Shown: positions 60,647 to 64,000 of the stretch, in pieces
Position numbering within the stretch: position 1 is the stretch's first letter
Layout: each line of letters opens with the position of its first letter
Source: Lepidodermella squamata
Lineage: Eukaryota; Animalia; Gastrotricha
Direction of reading: 5' to 3'
Assembly (NCBI GenBank): GCA_047495785.1
Contig: JBLDXI010000034.1
Coordinates: 1-64,000 of the forward strand
DNA length: 64,000 nucleotides
The notes under the pieces: generated by a model
Database searches by the model: none
Seen by the model: the letters and a program-made list of their open reading frames with translations, nothing else
Told to the model about the DNA's origin: nothing
Made by a program: the position numbers and the translations under genes

Positions 60647-61733
60647 AACAGTGGAAGATGGGGCATTTTGTCAACTTAGAAATCAGGAACGCATCAGCCA
60701 CCAAACTTCGCAAGACTGCCATACAATTTCGAAAAAATGTTGCAAAATCGAAAAATCAATTAATCAAGATTTATCGATAACTATCGAATCGATAACCCTG
60801 GCGCGAAATTTAACTGCGGAATCTTCATCAACGCCATCGATTTACTCATTCTAGCCTCTTTCCCATGGTCTGGCAGCCTTTTGATGTAAATAGGGGGTAC
60901 GCGGACCACGAATTTTCAGTTCACGTCAAATTCCTAGCACTTGTTGGAAGTGTCCATGCTATGAAAGTGTGGAGTCTTTTTCCGCGTTGTTAATGCTTGA
61001 TCTTGAATACCTATTGGTCGTGAAAATCAATAATAAAATGCAGCACGCTACATGAGGTTGTAAAAATCGAGCACTTTGACGTATTTGCCTGCGACTGAAC
61101 TTGGTTGAACTCGAAATTCGAAATCTGATTGAATTAGTGGCACCTGGCTGAATGAAGATTGAAATGAAGAATGAAAACAACAATCGAGGTATCCTGTTTT
61201 TGATTGTCTATCTTTTACGGTGTCACACTGAAACTTTTAGGAAACTAGTGAGTTCGACTGTAACGTTAAAGGTGTGATGTATCTTCTGTGATACCAGAAG
61301 ATGAGTAGCCAACAAAAGGTAGCAAAGAAGCTAATTCCAAGAGTTACCACTAAAGGTTTTATTAGACTCATAAACCAAAAGAGCTAATAACTTGTTGTTT
61401 TTCACACAATTTCATCCTGCTTATATACAATACACTTGAGTCATTGCCTGCGCATCTTCCTTGTCTCTGACGCACTTTGGTAACACCTTTGACGCACTTT
61501 GGTAACAGCTTGACGCACGTAACGGAAGTTCTGACGCACTTACCGGTACGTTTGTAGGATGCTGATTCACCGCTATGAATCATCGGTGTTTACTAGTTCT
61601 CAACCTTTTCACACCTCCCCTCTAGTTTATACGTGAAACGTAAAATGTACCAGAAGTTAGGTATAAATGGGTTTATTAGAAAAGGTTTTGTTATTCACAA
61701 TATTTACAGCGTAAAATGAAGTTCATCAGAGTA

Positions 61734-62438
61734 TTAGTACAGTTGCGGCACTACCGGTGTCGGCATGTACTCAAGACAATCGAGTTCGAGTAGAAACTGC
61801 CGATCGTCGAGGTAGATCGCTCGATCCAGCAGTCTGACGCATGGCACTTGTCGAAGACCGCCGTTGTGATGCACGTTGCAGTGCCAATCGTTGGTCAAAA
61901 GCCTCAGATTGCACTGCCTAATAGTTGGCCAAAGATTGAGGTCGTAGAAGGCTGGTAACTTGACCCGGATGTCCAGGCTGCCCAAGTTGACCTCAAATCT
62001 TTCCGGCGTGTGCCCGACCAGGTTGGAGAAGCGCTCGATTGGATAGATAAAATCCACGGTTGCTGGAGTCGGTCGAATGACCCAGGTACGGTGGGTCAGC
62101 GTTTGAACGGCTCCTTTGTCGGCTGCTCCGCTGGGCAGACTCGCCATCATCCGGAACGCCGACGGTACGCTCTCCATCCGCTGACTTCTTCTCAAGGCCA
62201 TCGGCTCCAATTGGTCGGACTGCAGCACAACTACTTGCGTTTGCTGAAAGGATGTCTCCAATCCGCCGACAATGGTGATGGTGCCATCTTGGTGGCGGAC
62301 GGGAGCAGCCACATTGGCTGCTTCTAGGCCATATTCGCCGTAGGAAACACCAGATTGTTCCGAGCTGCCGCTTGTTGCGTCGGTCGACGCCGGACTCTCT
62401 CGCATGGGTACTACGATTGCCCTCGGCCGGATGTTCAT
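61734..62438 (-). CDS. Intronless ~234-aa protein, possible divergent C-terminal MATH/TRAF-like domain
   Basis: Long GC-rich ORF with TATAAATA ~35 bp upstream and AATAAA downstream (~61675); VDFIYPIERFSNL and LLDRAIYLDDRQFLLELD resemble the first and last MATH strands. Confidence 0.5.
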   Translation of the reverse strand: MNIRPRAIVVPMRESPASTDATSGSSEQSGVSYGEYGLEAANVAAPVRHQDGTITIVGGLETSFQQTQVVVLQSDQLEPMALRRSQRMESVPSAFRMMASLPSGAADKGAVQTLTHRTWVIRPTPATVDFIYPIERFSNLVGHTPERFEVNLGSLDIRVKLPAFYDLNLWPTIRQCNLRLLTNDWHCNVHHNGGLRQVPCVRLLDRAIYLDDRQFLLELDCLEYMPTPVVPQLY

Positions 62439-62622
62439 ATCGTTAGCGGCGCGCCAAAACAACCACTTTACTATTTATAGATTTTACATGGATAGTACGA
62501 TCGAGAGTAGAAAAAAATCAGTGCTCAAATGGCCTATCGTACTCTATCATTACGTTCGGCGACTTCAAGTACGATCGAATGAATCATCTAAGTGGTTGTT
62601 TTGGCGCGCCGCTAACGATATG
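62436..62622. promoter_or_regulatory. 33-bp perfect inverted repeat (62436-62468, 62590-62622), each copy with an E2F-type site and ending in an outward-facing ATG
   Basis: AAGTGGTTGTTTTGGCGCGCCGCTAACGATATG on both strands; a third TTTTGGCGCGC at ~62746. Confidence 0.5.
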
Positions 62623-62772
62623 CTTAAACACAAAATTATAAATGATGTAGTTTGCTTAAATAACCTGGCGATCGTCCCCAGAGACGTCGCATTTCGCTGC
62701 TTATAGAGCTGCATACGGTATTTGGCTGTTTTCGTCGAAACACCTTTTTGGCGCGCGTCATTGGTTCGTAAA

Positions 62773-63611
62773 CAGTGCGAAATCAGTAACGTTTACTGGC
62801 CATTAGCTTAGGCATTAAAATTAGCTATGCTTTTAACCCACGACCCGAGCGAAGCGAGAAATTGTTCGATTTTTTCTGTAAAAAAGGGTTCCAAACCCTC
62901 CTGAAATTGACTTTTTAGAGTCGCTACTTTTATTTTAGTTCTTTCCATTTTCTTCCTATTGTCACATACCTAGTTATTTGGCTCAAATAAGAGCTCTTTA
63001 CTTACGCCACGTCTTAAATTCTCGAAACTAAGAAAAATGTCAAATTTGCCGTTTTTGTAAACATATTTGAAAAGCTGGCTAGACGCGGCAGTGTTCTTAG
63101 TCATAGATTGCGCCAGATCCATGAGCAATGCTGGATTTCTAAAACAAACGTTTTTACCGCCGGCCATTTTGACGGCTGGCAAGCAACAAGCTCGAAATCC
63201 AAAAATTGAGTAAGACAAATTTCATTTCGGTATCAATCAATTCAAGATGCTAATAAGCAATGCTGGAACTGACAGGATGGCAAGGCAATTGTTAAAAAAT
63301 GGTTTCTACGCAACTACTAGTAGGGTCGATAGTCGAACCTTTAATTAGCCACCGTTGCATAATCCCCTTACAAACTTAAACCTGAAGGCGAGCGCAGCGA
63401 GCTTTAGCTGACGATATTTTTGGCGATTTTAGTGTCAGGAATAACCGGAAAATGCTTAAAAACTCGGCATCCATCGTCCTCACAATGGGTGTTTTCTAAT
63501 TACTTTGGTTCTTTAATGGATTTCACAACTCCAATTAAATTTTGAAATTTTCTCACGCCAGACCGAGCTGGGGTGTCGCGACACCCCAGCACCCCTGTAC
63601 TTCGCACCCTG
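62773..63611. mobile_element. Non-autonomous hAT element, inverted relative of 47686-48820
   Basis: Ends TACTTCGCACCCTG; TSD TTCGTAAA (62765-62772, 63612-63619); shared internal sequence. Confidence 0.85.
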
Positions 63612-63645
63612 TTCGTAAATGTTGTCATGGCTTCGGTGTTGCCTT

Positions 63646-64000
63646 TCACACCCCATCTGTTAGGCACTTTAGGAGCACAAATATGATAATTGAGCTAAGG
63701 ATGACCACAACAATGATACTCGCTCCCCACCAAGTTATCCCGGAATTGGTCATTTCAGGTGTAATTTCAAAAATTTGACACGATTTGACCATGGTGTGTC
63801 TAGGCAGCTCAATTTTTGAAGAATTAGGCTGCATTAACATGTTTTTCCCGATGATAACAAAGGTCGAGGCGCTAAAACTGCCGTTGATGATATTGGCGTC
63901 ACCTTCGACTTGTAGCATTTCGTGATTACCGTATCCTATTGTGCCTGTCGCCAGAGTAATCAGTGTGGCTGATAGCAATTTGAGTGCAAAGCTTGTATGA
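63646..64000 (-). CDS. C-terminal part of a putative single-pass membrane protein (runs off the window)
   Basis: Frame is open to the window edge; N-glycosylation sequons (NGS, NSS) then hydrophobic WWGASIIVVVILSSIIIFVLL. Confidence 0.35.
   Translation of the reverse strand, partial: HTSFALKLLSATLITLATGTIGYGNHEMLQVEGDANIINGSFSASTFVIIGKNMLMQPNSSKIELPRHTMVKSCQIFEITPEMTNSGITWWGASIIVVVILSSIIIFVLLKCLTDGV

Noticed and set aside
55200-61300. Short ORFs (60-135 aa) as genes
   Set aside because: AT-rich, repeat-derived sequence with no domain signal or consistent splice chain.

Overview
Eukaryotic (compact-intron invertebrate-type) genomic DNA, not prokaryotic: most real genes are spliced (many 39-60 nt GT-AG introns), so most entries in the ORF track are exon fragments or shadow frames. 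Bases 1-17 match a PacBio barcoded adapter, followed by a perfect 2.36-kb fold-back (probably an amplification or assembly chimera). Main contents: (i) an intact Sola1-type DNA transposon (6242-11308) carrying a spliced DDD transposase plus accessory ORFs encoding PB1, Myb/SANT-like and BED-finger domains, sitting exactly at the junction of a 2383-bp tandem duplication; (ii) a family of secreted proteins built from an unrecognised ~40-aa 4-cysteine module plus C-type lectin domains (3 intact genes, truncated copies and a decayed piece); (iii) two divergent Cys-loop (pentameric ligand-gated) channel subunits, one fused to an N-terminal L-type-lectin-like domain through a mucin stalk; (iv) a catalytically dead astacin-EGF-CUB-kringle gene that ends in the same 4-Cys modules; (v) a near-complete Jockey/I-like LINE, other LINE relics and many MITEs with visible TSDs; (vi) an intronless MATH-like ORF behind an inverted-repeat promoter. 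All gene models and domain calls were made by eye, without database searches.
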